Shown: piece after piece, positions 27,922-38,293 of the stretch
How positions within the stretch are numbered: position 1 is the first letter of the stretch
Layout of the letters: each line of letters opens with the position of its first letter
NCBI GenBank assembly: GCA_963827155.1
Contig: CAWGZV010000003.1
Span: forward strand, 226,436 to 290,435
Reading direction: 5' to 3'
Origin: an uncultured Chloroflexia bacterium
GTDB lineage: Bacteria > Chloroflexota > Anaerolineae > Anaerolineales > UBA4823
Length of the DNA: 64,000 nucleotides
The notes under the pieces: generated by a model
The model's input: the letters and a program-made list of their open reading frames with translations, nothing else
Told to the model about the DNA's origin: nothing
The model's database searches: none
Program-made: the position numbers and the translations under genes

Positions 27922-28572
27922 ATGTTCAATCTAGATCCACCAACCCTGATCGCCCGTCTGATCGTGCTGATTGTCGCCTTTACAATCCACGAGCTGGCGC
28001 ATGCGATGGTTGCGACTTACTTTGGCGACGAAACGCCAAGGATGAACGGCCGGTTAACCCTTAATCCCCTGGCCCATCTGGATCCGATGGGCTCATTGCT
28101 GCTCCTTTTTGCCGGTTTTGGCTGGGCAAAACCCGTGCCGATTAACCCCTATGTTCTAAACCGCCGCTCGTCTGCCGCAGTTATGTGGGTATCGCTTGCC
28201 GGACCGATGTCAAATATGCTGATGGCGGTCGCCGCTTCTATCCCATTTCAGCTTGGCCTGGTCACGCTGGCAGATGCCTATGCCCCGAACAGTGGGTTTC
28301 TGCCCACGCCGGGAAAAGTGCTGATCGAGTTCATTGCCATCAACCTGCTGTTAATGCTGTTCAACCTGATCCCACTTGCCCCGCTGGACGGCGAGAAGGT
28401 ACTGGATTATTTCTTGCCGCCTAATATGACCCGGGTGATGGATAACATTCGTCCTTACGGCCCAATTATTTTGCTGGTGCTGGTGCTCGTTGCCCCTATG
28501 ATCGGTTTTGATATCATCAGCTGGATCATTATGCCACCGCTGCGGGCGATGCTCGGTTTATTGGTGAGATGA
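27922..28572 (+). CDS. Site-2 protease (M50) family membrane metalloprotease
   Basis: [40 protein letters not shown]. Confidence 0.93.
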   Translation: MFNLDPPTLIARLIVLIVAFTIHELAHAMVATYFGDETPRMNGRLTLNPLAHLDPMGSLLLLFAGFGWAKPVPINPYVLNRRSSAAVMWVSLAGPMSNMLMAVAASIPFQLGLVTLADAYAPNSGFLPTPGKVLIEFIAINLLLMLFNLIPLAPLDGEKVLDYFLPPNMTRVMDNIRPYGPIILLVLVLVAPMIGFDIISWIIMPPLRAMLGLLVR

Positions 28573-29090
28573 GCTTGTCAATAAGTTATCGCGCAAGCCA
28601 ATTTTGGAAAGCTCTGGCTGCAGTGCCTACTGAGACAGATCTGGGTATTGCAAAAGGGCTGCTGCCCCCAAAATTGATGGACCTTTTTTAAAAGTTGCAG
28701 CCGAGCGAGCAGGCTCACAGCATCCAGGTGTGCTCGCGGTTAATTGAAAACGGTCAGGAATCAAAAGATCTGCTTGTCGCGGCTCTGCTCCACGATCTTG
28801 GGAAAAGCAGGCACCCGCTGCACGCCTGGGAGCGGGTCCTGATCGTTATCGTAGAGAGAATGAGTCCGACCTGGCTCGAGCGGTGGGGCAAAGGGAATGT
28901 GCGAAGCTGGAAGCGCCCATTTGTGGTGGCAGCTCAGCATCCAGCATGGGGAGCAGAAATGGCTCAACAGGCTGGGGCCTCCGAACTAACTGTTCGCTTG
29001 ATTATTCGGCATCAAGAGGCCTGCCCGAATATTGAAACACCAGAAGATATTCTGTTGAGATGCCTTCAACAGATTGATAACGAAAGCTGA
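28569..29090 (+). CDS. HD-domain protein with in-frame TAA at 28689
   Basis: ATGA overlap start. YRASQFW...LF*KLQPSEQAHS...AALLHDLGK...HPAWGA. Confidence 0.75.
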
Positions 29091-29099
29091 GGGTCTGAA

Positions 29100-30083
29100 A
29101 TGACAATTCAAGTAGCGATCATTGGTACTGGACAGATTGGAGCTTCCTTCGGATTAGCTCTGGCAGGTAAGAAAGAATCGCTGGTGCGGGTAGGTCACGA
29201 CAAGGAAACGAAAATTGCTCAAAAAGCTGAGAAGCTTGGCGCCGTGGATCGAGTTGAATCAAATCTCCCCAGATCCGTTCGGGAAGCAGAGCTGGTCTTG
29301 CTGAGCATACCGATGGACCAGATTCGGGGGACGATCGAAATTATTGCCCCAAACTTGAAAGAGGGAGCAGTTGTGATGGAAACCGGGCTTGCCAAAGAAG
29401 CCGCAGCAGCATGGGCCAGAGAATTCCTGCCGCCAGATCGATATTTCGTCGGTCTCACCCCGGTGCTCAACCCGGCATTCTTGAATGAGACAGGCACGGG
29501 TATTGATGCAGCGCGAGCAGACCTTTTTAAGAACGGTTTGATGGGGATCACGGCGCCTGCGACAACCCATTCAGGTGCGATCAAGCTGGCGGTGGACCTG
29601 ACCCGCCTGGTGGAGGCTTACCCGCTTTTTGCGGATCCGGCGGAGATTGACGGCTTGATGTCATCCACCCACTTACTCCCGCAAGTCATGGCTGCTGCAC
29701 TCTTGAATATGACCATTGATCAACCGGGTTGGATGGAAGCCCGGAAAGTTACTGGGAGGATGTTCACCAAAGCCAGCGAGCCGGCTGCGCTTTACAGTGA
29801 TGCAGCCGCGGTCGGAGAAGCGGTCATCCTGAACCGTGATAACCTCCTGCGGGTGATTGATAATTTGATTGCCTCGCTGTACGAGTTTCGCGGATCAATT
29901 GAGGAATCGAATCGGGATGGGCTGCTGGAATTGCTTGAACGCGCCCGCATCAACAGAAGGACCTGGTGGGGTGAGCGGCTGCGGAGCGAATGGGCATACA
30001 ATTCGGCTTCGAGAGTAGAAATCCCAGAGAACCCAGGACTGATGAGCCGGTTAATTGGACTGGGCAGCAAGCAAAAGAAATAA
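29100..30083 (+). CDS. Prephenate/arogenate dehydrogenase-like protein (divergent)
   Basis: Rossmann GTGQIGASFG and TyrA-like layout, but the usual GHPM and EHD motifs read GLTPV and EID. Confidence 0.65.
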   Translation: MTIQVAIIGTGQIGASFGLALAGKKESLVRVGHDKETKIAQKAEKLGAVDRVESNLPRSVREAELVLLSIPMDQIRGTIEIIAPNLKEGAVVMETGLAKEAAAAWAREFLPPDRYFVGLTPVLNPAFLNETGTGIDAARADLFKNGLMGITAPATTHSGAIKLAVDLTRLVEAYPLFADPAEIDGLMSSTHLLPQVMAAALLNMTIDQPGWMEARKVTGRMFTKASEPAALYSDAAAVGEAVILNRDNLLRVIDNLIASLYEFRGSIEESNRDGLLELLERARINRRTWWGERLRSEWAYNSASRVEIPENPGLMSRLIGLGSKQKK

Positions 30084-30131
30084 TATCATCCATCAGAATG
30101 AGATCACCAATCGCCTGGAGAAGGGTAGAAA

Positions 30132-31316
30132 ATGAAACCAAAACTGCAGTGGATTGAAGAAGAGATCAAGAACCTCAAAGAAGCTGGTTTATACAACCAA
30201 ATCCGCACCCTGGGTTCTCCGCAGGGCGCCTGGCTGGTAGTCGATGGGATCCGCGTCCTGAATTTCTGTTCAAACAACTACCTCGGATTAGCTAACCATC
30301 CAAAGATCCTGGAAGCCGCCCGAAATGCGATGGAGAAATACGGGCTCGGACCTGCCGCCGTGCGCTCGATCGCCGGGACCATGGATCTGCACCTCGAATT
30401 AGAGCAAAGGCTGGCGGCTTTCAAACGGGTGGAGGCGGCGATCACGTTTCAATCAGGATTTAGTGCCAATGGCGGCACGATCCCAGCATTAGTTGGAAAA
30501 GAGGATGCAATATTCTCGGATGAGCTGAACCATGCCAGCATCATCGACGGATCCAGACTCTCAGGGGCGCAGATCATTCGTTATGCCCACTGCAGTCCTG
30601 AAGATTTAAAACGGGTCCTTTCTGAAAACCGCCTCAGCTTCCCACGCGCCCTGGTGATTACCGATGGGGTTTTCAGCATGGATGGCGATATCGCCCCGCT
30701 GGATAAGATTTATGAGGTTACCCAGGAATATGAAGCGATCTTGATGGTAGACGATGCTCACGGTGAAGGGGTTTTAGGCAGAGGCGGTCGCGGCATTGTC
30801 GATCACTTCAACCTACACGGAAAAGTTGACATCGAGGTTGGCACCATGTCGAAGGCGTTCGGAGTAGTTGGCGGGGTGGTCGCTGGCAATTCGCTGGTGG
30901 TGGAATGGCTGAGGCAGCGCGGTCGTCCCTTCCTCTTCTCTTCTGCGATGACCGTGCCAGACGTTGCCGCCTGCCTGGCTGCGATTGACCTGCTCGAAGA
31001 ATCGACCCAACTGGTGGATAAGCTCTGGGAGAACGCCCGTTATTTTAAGGCAGAGATGAAAACGATGGGATTCGATACCGGAAACAGCGCCACTCCAATC
31101 ACTCCCGTTATGTTAGGCGAAGCCCCACTGGCGCAGCAGTTCAGCCGAGATCTTTTTGAACGCGGTGTTTTCGGCATGGCAATCGGTTTCCCAACCGTGC
31201 CGCGCGGAAAAGCGCGCATCCGGGTGATGATTTCGGCATCCCACACGAAGGACGATTTGGATCAAGGACTGGATGCCTTCCGAATAGTCGGCAAATCTCT
31301 AGGAGTGATTGCATAA
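30132..31316 (+). CDS. kbl: Glycine C-acetyltransferase / alpha-oxoamine synthase (Kbl/BioF family)
   Basis: [55 protein letters not shown]. Confidence 0.85.
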   Translation: MKPKLQWIEEEIKNLKEAGLYNQIRTLGSPQGAWLVVDGIRVLNFCSNNYLGLANHPKILEAARNAMEKYGLGPAAVRSIAGTMDLHLELEQRLAAFKRVEAAITFQSGFSANGGTIPALVGKEDAIFSDELNHASIIDGSRLSGAQIIRYAHCSPEDLKRVLSENRLSFPRALVITDGVFSMDGDIAPLDKIYEVTQEYEAILMVDDAHGEGVLGRGGRGIVDHFNLHGKVDIEVGTMSKAFGVVGGVVAGNSLVVEWLRQRGRPFLFSSAMTVPDVAACLAAIDLLEESTQLVDKLWENARYFKAEMKTMGFDTGNSATPITPVMLGEAPLAQQFSRDLFERGVFGMAIGFPTVPRGKARIRVMISASHTKDDLDQGLDAFRIVGKSLGVIA

Positions 31317-31346
31317 GAAAAGAAGCCCGGCAGAATGTCGGGCTTC
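31315..31346. terminator. Hairpin terminator between convergent genes
   Basis: GAAGCCCGGCA-GAA-TGTCGGGCTTC. The A-rich tract on the left gives a U-tract for the minus-strand gene. Confidence 0.7.
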
Positions 31347-31371
31347 AGGTTAGATTTAGTTTTTATTGAGG

Positions 31372-31602
31372 TCAGGGGGTCTCTTGGAAGGGATCGATGG
31401 TTGGGTTAGTGCCAGCCCACGTGCAGCTTGGTCGTCCGTCCAGGTTGCAGTTCGTCCCTTGAGAACACCGGTGGGAGAGCACCCGCCCCATAGTATCGGG
31501 GATTAAGTCGGATGGGTACACTACCTGAGCTTCCAGGCTTACTTGCTGGTTCACATGATGGCAGTAACAGGTCTTCAGGACATCCCAGGTTGTTACAGAC
31601 AT
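31372..31602 (-). CDS. Small Cys/His-rich hypothetical protein
   Basis: GGAGG precedes ATG 31602. CYCHH...HRC...C...CTW. Ends at the terminator. Confidence 0.65.
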   Translation of the reverse strand: MSVTTWDVLKTCYCHHVNQQVSLEAQVVYPSDLIPDTMGRVLSHRCSQGTNCNLDGRPSCTWAGTNPTIDPFQETP

Positions 31603-31736
31603 AGAAACCTCCGCAGCATGCATTGTTAAGATTATACAATTGAGAAAAGACCGATCATAGTGTCAGGTGTCACAGAAAAAGTGGACAATTTACATCTTGT
31701 AAGATAGATGGACTAGAAAAATAGGCGAACCTAAGC

Positions 31737-31764
31737 TTGACATGCGGCTTTCCTCACGTATAAT
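31737..31764 (+). promoter_or_regulatory. Consensus sigma70 promoter of the peptide ABC operon
   Basis: TTGACA, 16-nt spacer, TATAAT. Confidence 0.8.
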
Positions 31765-31929
31765 CTAAGATACCTTTCAATTCTTATATCGAAAAATTTT
31801 TAGATAGAATTGGAAGTTACGCCGAAAGGAGGTGGTCACGCCGCTTGAAACAGCGTGGAGTTACCAATGGGTCCAATCCCATGGGTATCTGGATGATGAT
31901 CTACCATACAATCTTTTTGGAGGAGAACG

Positions 31930-33738
31930 ATGAAAAATAATAAGTTCTATCTTGTGGGGGTGTTCGTACTGTTATTCAGCATGGTTCTGGGCGCCTGCGC
32001 GCCGGCAGCCACCCCTGCACCAGCGACTGAGGCGCCTGCCCCAGCCGCGACCGAAGCACCTGCTGAACCCGCTGCAACTGAAGCGCCTGTAATGACTGAG
32101 GCGCCTGCAGCGACCGAAGCGCCGGTTATGACCGAAGCGCCCGCACCTGAGAAGAAAACCTTTATCTTTGGCCGCGGGGGCGATTCGGTTGGTTTGGACC
32201 TGGCGATCGTCACAGACGGTGAATCGACGCGGGTTGGTGGACAGATCCTTGAATCACTTTACACCTTCGCTCCCGGCACAACTTCTCCAGTCCCAGCCCT
32301 TGCGGAAGAATGCGTACCGAACGAAACCGCGACGGAATGGACCTGCAAGCTGCGCCAGGGTGTTAAGTTCCACGACGGGACAGATTTCAACGCCGATGCC
32401 GTGATCTTCAACTTCGACCGCTGGCGCTTCACTACCAACCCCAATCACTTCGAGTCGCAGGTCTTCGAATACTACGAGGCGATGTGGGGCGGCTTCGATG
32501 ATGCCAGCATCATCACTTCCGTCGAGAAAGTGGACGATTTCACGGTCAAGTTTGTCTTGAGCGCACCTCTCGCTCCATTCCTCGCAAACCTGGCGATGGA
32601 CTTCTTCGCCATCTCGAGTCCCAAGGCGATCTCGGACAATGGGGAGAAATACGGCACTCCAGCAGTTGGCGCAGTTGGCACCGGACCGTTTGTCTTCAAG
32701 GAGTGGGTGGAAGGCGATTCGATCACGGTTGAAGCTAATGAAGATTATTGGGGTGGGCGCGCGACTATCGACGAGATTGTATGGCGCGTGATCCCGGATG
32801 ACTCAGCCCGCTACCTGGCGCTCAAATCCGGAGACATCGATGGGCTTGAACAGGCGACAGCCGAGGATGTCACAGCGGCTGAATCGGATCCCGAACTGCA
32901 AGTAATTTTTGACGCCCCCTTGAATACTGCCTATCTTGCGTTCAACTACAGGGTCAAGGAACTGCAGGACAAGAAAGTCCGGGAAGCCGTTGCGCATGCC
33001 GTCAACTGGCAGGCAGTTGTTGAAACCTTCTGGGGTAAGTCTGGGATTGTCGGCAAGACTTTAATCCCACCTTCGATGTGGGGTTTCAATGATGCGATCG
33101 AACCTTGGAGCTATGATCCAGAGCTCTCCAAGCAGCTGCTGAGTGAAGCAGGCTTCCCGGATGGTCTGAGCGAGGTCACAATCGCCGAAGATATTCCGGA
33201 TGCGAGCGGGGCGGTAGTGTTCAAAGCTGGCGACAAGATGCCGCTGCGGCTTTACTACCTGCCGATCGCACGCTTCTACTTCCCATCTGGGAAAGAGGTC
33301 GCCGAAGCAGTTGCTGCTGACCTGGCAAAAGCCGGGATCAATGTTGAGCTCTACCTTGAAGGCGACTGGCCAACCTACCTCGGCGCCCGCCGTGAAGGCA
33401 GACTGGCTGGACTTTACTTCCTTGGCTGGGGCGGCGACAACGGCGATCCGGACAACTTCACCGGCTATTTCTTCAGCGGCGGTGCCGAGCCGATCACTCG
33501 TGAAGGCTGGTATCAGAATCCCGCCCTCGCCGAGCTGCTCAACAAGGCGCTGGTGACCCCCGGACAGGATGTTCGTGAGCCGATGTATAAAGAAGCGGAG
33601 CAGATGCTGCACGATGACGTCGCTCGGATCTTCTTCGCACACCAGGCGACCCCGATCCTCCTGGCGGCGTATGTCAGCGGATACCAGCCACAAGCGGTCG
33701 ACGCCGATAACTACAACCTGGTGGTTTTGAATAAGTAG
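31930..33738 (+). CDS. dppA: Peptide ABC transporter substrate-binding lipoprotein (family 5)
   Basis: Lipobox LGAC, TEAPA linker, LRQGVKFHDGT, GTGPF, GWGGDNGDPDNF. Confidence 0.92.
   Translation: MKNNKFYLVGVFVLLFSMVLGACAPAATPAPATEAPAPAATEAPAEPAATEAPVMTEAPAATEAPVMTEAPAPEKKTFIFGRGGDSVGLDLAIVTDGESTRVGGQILESLYTFAPGTTSPVPALAEECVPNETATEWTCKLRQGVKFHDGTDFNADAVIFNFDRWRFTTNPNHFESQVFEYYEAMWGGFDDASIITSVEKVDDFTVKFVLSAPLAPFLANLAMDFFAISSPKAISDNGEKYGTPAVGAVGTGPFVFKEWVEGDSITVEANEDYWGGRATIDEIVWRVIPDDSARYLALKSGDIDGLEQATAEDVTAAESDPELQVIFDAPLNTAYLAFNYRVKELQDKKVREAVAHAVNWQAVVETFWGKSGIVGKTLIPPSMWGFNDAIEPWSYDPELSKQLLSEAGFPDGLSEVTIAEDIPDASGAVVFKAGDKMPLRLYYLPIARFYFPSGKEVAEAVAADLAKAGINVELYLEGDWPTYLGARREGRLAGLYFLGWGGDNGDPDNFTGYFFSGGAEPITREGWYQNPALAELLNKALVTPGQDVREPMYKEAEQMLHDDVARIFFAHQATPILLAAYVSGYQPQAVDADNYNLVVLNK
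32002..32150 (+). repeat. Coding low-complexity repeat (A-T-E-A-P-A / T-E-A-P-V-M units) forming the lipoprotein tether
   Basis: Six TEAP units with degenerate codons. Confidence 0.85.
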
Positions 33739-33792
33739 CAGGATGCTCGCCTGTCGTGAGTGGAAACTGATGCCCCATTCATTACAGAATCT

Positions 33793-33827
33793 GCTGGGGG
33801 ATGGGTATTCCCATCCTCCAGCTTTTT
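33793..33827 (+). terminator. Internal terminator/stabilising hairpin after dppA
   Basis: GCTGGGGGATGGG-TATT-CCCATCCTCCAGC followed by TTTTT. Confidence 0.8.
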
Positions 33828-33900
33828 GGATATTTTGGTCTGTAAGTTAAAACCTTCATGATTACGACGAAGTAATCCAGATTCTAATCAGGAGGAGCAC

Positions 33901-34953
33901 TTGACCCGATATATCATTCGCCGGTTGATTTCTGTAATCCCTACTCTTATAGGGGTTACGCTGGTGATCTTCATGTTTCAGCGTTTGATCCCGGGCGATC
34001 CAGCGGTCGCAATGCTGGGAGAACATGCTGCAAAAGAAAACGTGGAACGAATCCGAGAACAGCTCGGTCTGAACCGACCCATGTTCTTGGATCGGGAAGC
34101 CCTCGTTCAGGGTGACTTTAAAAAGTTTTTTGACAGCCAGTACCTTCGCTATATGAGTCGGCTTGTGCGACTGGATATGGGAGAATCAATCCACCGGCGC
34201 GTCCCGGTGGCAGAAACCCTGGCAACCCGCTTCCCGGCTACAGTCGAGCTGGCGCTACTCTCGCTGCTGATCGCGGTATGTGTCGGTCTGCCGGTTGGGA
34301 TCATCTCTGCGGCTCGTCGCAATTCGAAGCTGGACGGCGCTACCATGGTCGGCTCGCTGATCGGGGTATCGATGCCCATCTTCTGGCTCGGGATCATGGA
34401 GATTATGCTGTTTGCTGTGATCTTGAAGTGGCTGCCTGCCGGAGGACGGATAAGCACCGGGATCGAGATCAAGTCGATTACAAACCTTTATCTGCTGGAC
34501 AGCCTCCTCACCTGGAATATCCCCGGTTTTATCGATACATTCCAGCATATCCTCTTGCCGGCGATAGCCCTGGCGACCATACCGATGGCTATCATCGCCC
34601 GCATGACCCGCTCGAGCATGTTGGATGTCCTTCAGGAAGATTACATCCGGACCGCAACCGCGAAGGGTCTGGATGAGAGGGTCGTGCTTTACCGCCACAC
34701 GCTCAAGAACGCTTTCCTGCCAGTGATCACAATCATCGGTATTCAGGCAGGGACATTGATGGCTGGTGCAGTGCTCACCGAGACGATCTTTGCCTGGCCC
34801 GGGATCGGTAAATGGGTTTACAACTCGATCCTGGCTCGAGATTACCCAATTGTCCAGGGCGGCACCCTTTTAATCGCGATTATTTTTGTATTTTTCAATC
34901 TTCTGGTCGATATTTCTTACGCCCTTCTCGATCCGCGTATTCATTATGATTGA
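33901..34953 (+). CDS. dppB: Peptide ABC permease
   Basis: PGDPA, RFPATVEL, SMPIFWLG, RSSMLDVL.EDYIRTA.AKGL, RDYP. Confidence 0.93.
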   Translation: MTRYIIRRLISVIPTLIGVTLVIFMFQRLIPGDPAVAMLGEHAAKENVERIREQLGLNRPMFLDREALVQGDFKKFFDSQYLRYMSRLVRLDMGESIHRRVPVAETLATRFPATVELALLSLLIAVCVGLPVGIISAARRNSKLDGATMVGSLIGVSMPIFWLGIMEIMLFAVILKWLPAGGRISTGIEIKSITNLYLLDSLLTWNIPGFIDTFQHILLPAIALATIPMAIIARMTRSSMLDVLQEDYIRTATAKGLDERVVLYRHTLKNAFLPVITIIGIQAGTLMAGAVLTETIFAWPGIGKWVYNSILARDYPIVQGGTLLIAIIFVFFNLLVDISYALLDPRIHYD

Positions 34954-34961
34954 GGCTTATT

Positions 34962-36191
34962 ATGGTTGAGGCAACTCCGGTAGATATTGAGGTGGTCGAT
35001 TTTGCAGTAAGGGCTCACCGCTCCTTATGGGTGGACGCCTGGCGCAGACTGATCTCCAGCAATACTGCCCGGCTTGGGATGTTTATTGTGGCGTTATTTG
35101 TGCTTTCGGCCACTTATGCTCATTTCTTTTGGGAATACAATCCAAAGACCGACCTGGACTATACCTTGAAGTTAAAACCACCTAATTTGCTGCCAACCGA
35201 GGAGGTACCTTCGGTCCATATTTTTGGGACCGACAAGTTAGGACGCGACGTGTTTACCAGAGTGGTTCATGGCGGCTGGAACTCGCTGCGGGTTGGTCTG
35301 GTAGCGGTAGCGATCTCAATGTTCACAGGGGTTTTGCTTGGCCTGTTGGCAGGATTCTATGAGAGTATGGAGATCACCCAATCTGAGCGCATTTTTCTCC
35401 AGGGGCTGGTTGGGTTAGGCATGGGACTTCTGCCAGCCTGGATCGCGGCACAGTGGTGGATGGCAGTGCTCTTCGGGATACTTGGCGTGGCATCGGTTTA
35501 TTTCTGGCGCTTTTGGAGCGGCAGCCCGAAAAGGATCGCGCTTTTTGGAATATTAGGATTGTTGATCGGAGGCGGTTTGGGTTATATGACTGCGCCGCTG
35601 GTGGGTCTGGTTTGTGGAATCCTGGGGCTTGGGATCGGCGCGTTTCTTGCCACGCCATCGAACGGCAAGTTTTTCTCGGATCTGGTGATGCGCGCGATGG
35701 ATATCGTCCTGGCTTTTCCAAGCTACCTGCTCGCAATTGCGATCGTTGCCTTTCTTGGACCTGGTCTGGAAAAAGGGATGATCGCCATTGGGCTTGTGGG
35801 CATCCCCATTTATGCCCGGCTGGCGCGCTCAGCGGTATTATCGGTTGCCCAAAAGGAATATATCCTGGCAGCGACTTCAGTTGGCGAAGGTCACGGACGA
35901 ATCATCTTCCGGCACATATTCCCAAATATCCTTTCACCCATTATTGTCCAGAGCACGATGGGCCTTGCAGCTGCGATCCTCGCCGCGGCAGCATTGGGTT
36001 TTCTTGGGCTGGGGGCGATCCCGCCTGAGCCTGAATGGGGGGCAATGCTGGGCGATAGTTATAAATATATGTCGAGCGGCTCCTGGTGGGTTGTACTCTT
36101 CCCAGGTCTAATGATCATGTTCAGCGTGCTGGGTTTCAACCTGCTTGGTGATGGGCTACGCGACGCCCTGGATCCAAAAATGCGCATTTAA
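34962..36191 (+). CDS. dppC: Peptide ABC permease with an internal hydrophobic insertion
   Basis: FGTDKLGRD, EYILAA..VG, RHIFPN, PEWGAML, FNLLGDGLRDALDP. Confidence 0.92.
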   Translation: MVEATPVDIEVVDFAVRAHRSLWVDAWRRLISSNTARLGMFIVALFVLSATYAHFFWEYNPKTDLDYTLKLKPPNLLPTEEVPSVHIFGTDKLGRDVFTRVVHGGWNSLRVGLVAVAISMFTGVLLGLLAGFYESMEITQSERIFLQGLVGLGMGLLPAWIAAQWWMAVLFGILGVASVYFWRFWSGSPKRIALFGILGLLIGGGLGYMTAPLVGLVCGILGLGIGAFLATPSNGKFFSDLVMRAMDIVLAFPSYLLAIAIVAFLGPGLEKGMIAIGLVGIPIYARLARSAVLSVAQKEYILAATSVGEGHGRIIFRHIFPNILSPIIVQSTMGLAAAILAAAALGFLGLGAIPPEPEWGAMLGDSYKYMSSGSWWVVLFPGLMIMFSVLGFNLLGDGLRDALDPKMRI

Positions 36192-36231
36192 TTAATAAAA
36201 CAAAACACGCTTTAAGTATCACAGGGAAATC

Positions 36232-37230
36232 ATGGCAGAATTTTTGATGGAAGTAAAAAACCTGCGTGTGCGCTTTCACACAGAAGACGGTATGGTGAAG
36301 GCGGTAAATGGGGTTTCCTACACATTGGAACCTGGGGAAATCGTTGGCGTTGTAGGGGAGAGCGGATGCGGTAAATCTGTACACGCCCTAGCGATCATGC
36401 GTCTGATCCAGATCCCGCCCGGTCAGATAGAAAGCGGCGAAGTCATATTTGATCAGCGCAACCTGCTCCAATTGACCGAATCGGAGATGCGTCAGGTCCG
36501 GGGGCGTGATATCTCGATGGTTTTTCAGGATCCAATGAGCTCACTAAACCCGGTTTATACGGTGGGATTCCAGATAATGGAAGCTTTAATGCTTCATAGG
36601 AGATTGGATAAGAAGCAAGCTCGCGATCGGGCAGCGGAGCTGCTGGATTTGGTGGGCATCCCGGGGGCGCGCCAGCGCCTGGATGATTACCCTCACCAGT
36701 TTTCTGGCGGAATGCGACAGCGTGCGATGATCGCCATGGCGCTTTCGTGCGAGCCGAGGCTGCTTATCGCTGATGAACCGACGACTGCTCTCGACGTAAC
36801 GATCCAGGCACAGATCGTTGACCTTGTGATGCGCTTGCAAGAAGAGTTGGGAATGGCGGTGATGTGGATTACCCACGATCTCGGGATTGTGGCGGAGATG
36901 GCACGGAAAATCAATGTAATGTACGCCGGGTACATCATCGAGCGCGGGCTTGCTCATGATATCTATAAGCAGACCCGCCATCCATACACCCTCGGTTTGC
37001 TTGGATCCCTGCCGCGCATTGATGAAGCTCCTGGTACGAAACTGGTTTCAATCCCAGGGCTGCCGCCAGATTTGGTATCTCTGCCGACGGGCTGCCCTTT
37101 TGCGGCGCGCTGTACTTATAAGATCGATCGCTGCCTGCTTGAAATGCCGCCGCTTGAAGAAACGGATGGCGTAGAACACTTGGCGGCATGCTGGCGCTGG
37201 GAGCTCCTGGCAGGGAGGGCTGCAGAATGA
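36232..37230 (+). CDS. dppD: Peptide ABC ATP-binding protein
   Basis: [37 protein letters not shown]. Confidence 0.95.
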   Translation: MAEFLMEVKNLRVRFHTEDGMVKAVNGVSYTLEPGEIVGVVGESGCGKSVHALAIMRLIQIPPGQIESGEVIFDQRNLLQLTESEMRQVRGRDISMVFQDPMSSLNPVYTVGFQIMEALMLHRRLDKKQARDRAAELLDLVGIPGARQRLDDYPHQFSGGMRQRAMIAMALSCEPRLLIADEPTTALDVTIQAQIVDLVMRLQEELGMAVMWITHDLGIVAEMARKINVMYAGYIIERGLAHDIYKQTRHPYTLGLLGSLPRIDEAPGTKLVSIPGLPPDLVSLPTGCPFAARCTYKIDRCLLEMPPLEETDGVEHLAACWRWELLAGRAAE

Positions 37231-38234
37231 GCGAAGAGCAAAAATGGCTTGTGCGCGTCCGGAATTTGAAGAAATATTTCCCAATTCACCAGGGAGCAAT
37301 CATTCAAAAACATACCGGCGATATCAAAGCGGTGGACGATGTCAGTTTTGATATTATCCAAGGCGAAACGCTTGGATTGGTAGGGGAGACAGGCAGCGGG
37401 AAAACCACTGTTGGGCGAACCATGCTTCGGCTTTATGAGCCTACGAGCGGGAGCATCCTCTTTGGAACTTCAGATTTATCGAAGATGGAAGGGACCGAGC
37501 TGCGCAAGATCCGAGCCCGGATGCAGATGATCTTTCAAGATCCTTATGCATCTCTCAACCCGCGTATGACCGTGGGCTCGATACTGTCCTCGCCTCTCGA
37601 AGTGCACGGAATTTGGAAAGGAAACCAGAAACGCGATCGGGTGGACCAGCTTCTGCAAATGGTGGGGCTCAATCCAGATTTTGTCAACCGGTATCCGCAC
37701 GAATTTTCGGGAGGTCAGCGGCAGCGGATCTGCATCGCCCGGGCGCTTGCTTTGAGCCCAGACCTGGTGGTATGTGATGAGCCGATCTCATCCCTGGATG
37801 TCTCGATTCAGGCTCAGGTTGTCAACCTGCTCGAGGCGCTGCAGAATAAACTTGGTCTGACATACCTTTTTATCGCTCACGATCTCAGCATGGTGCGCCA
37901 TATCAGCGACCGGATGGCGGTCATGTATCTTGGGAAAATCGTCGAGCTTGCCGATCGAAATGAGATTTACCAGCACCCGCTCCATCCATACACCCAGGCG
38001 CTGATGTCGGCAGTTCCGGTTCCAGACCCAGATATTGCCCGGAAGCGGAAGCGGATCATCCTTCAGGGAGATATTCCCAGTCCTGCAAACCCACCAGTGG
38101 GATGCAATTTCAATACTCGCTGTCCTTTCGCAAAAGAGGTGTGCTTCAAGGATGAGCCTGAATATCGGGAATTTAAAGCCGACCATTATGTTGCCTGCCA
38201 CTTTGCGGAAGATTTCCTTAGTTCACGTGGATGA
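37227..38234 (+). CDS. dppF: Peptide ABC ATP-binding protein
   Basis: [37 protein letters not shown]. Confidence 0.95.
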   Translation: MSEEQKWLVRVRNLKKYFPIHQGAIIQKHTGDIKAVDDVSFDIIQGETLGLVGETGSGKTTVGRTMLRLYEPTSGSILFGTSDLSKMEGTELRKIRARMQMIFQDPYASLNPRMTVGSILSSPLEVHGIWKGNQKRDRVDQLLQMVGLNPDFVNRYPHEFSGGQRQRICIARALALSPDLVVCDEPISSLDVSIQAQVVNLLEALQNKLGLTYLFIAHDLSMVRHISDRMAVMYLGKIVELADRNEIYQHPLHPYTQALMSAVPVPDPDIARKRKRIILQGDIPSPANPPVGCNFNTRCPFAKEVCFKDEPEYREFKADHYVACHFAEDFLSSRG

Positions 38235-38293
38235 GTATTGACCGGATCCGGAGACACCCAGACCGCCTGAATGCTTCGAACCAAGAAAATGAA

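Noticed and set aside
30132-31316. Serine palmitoyltransferase (sphingolipid synthesis)
   Set aside because: The sequence fits the Kbl/BioF type, and no ACP or ceramide-synthesis genes are adjacent.
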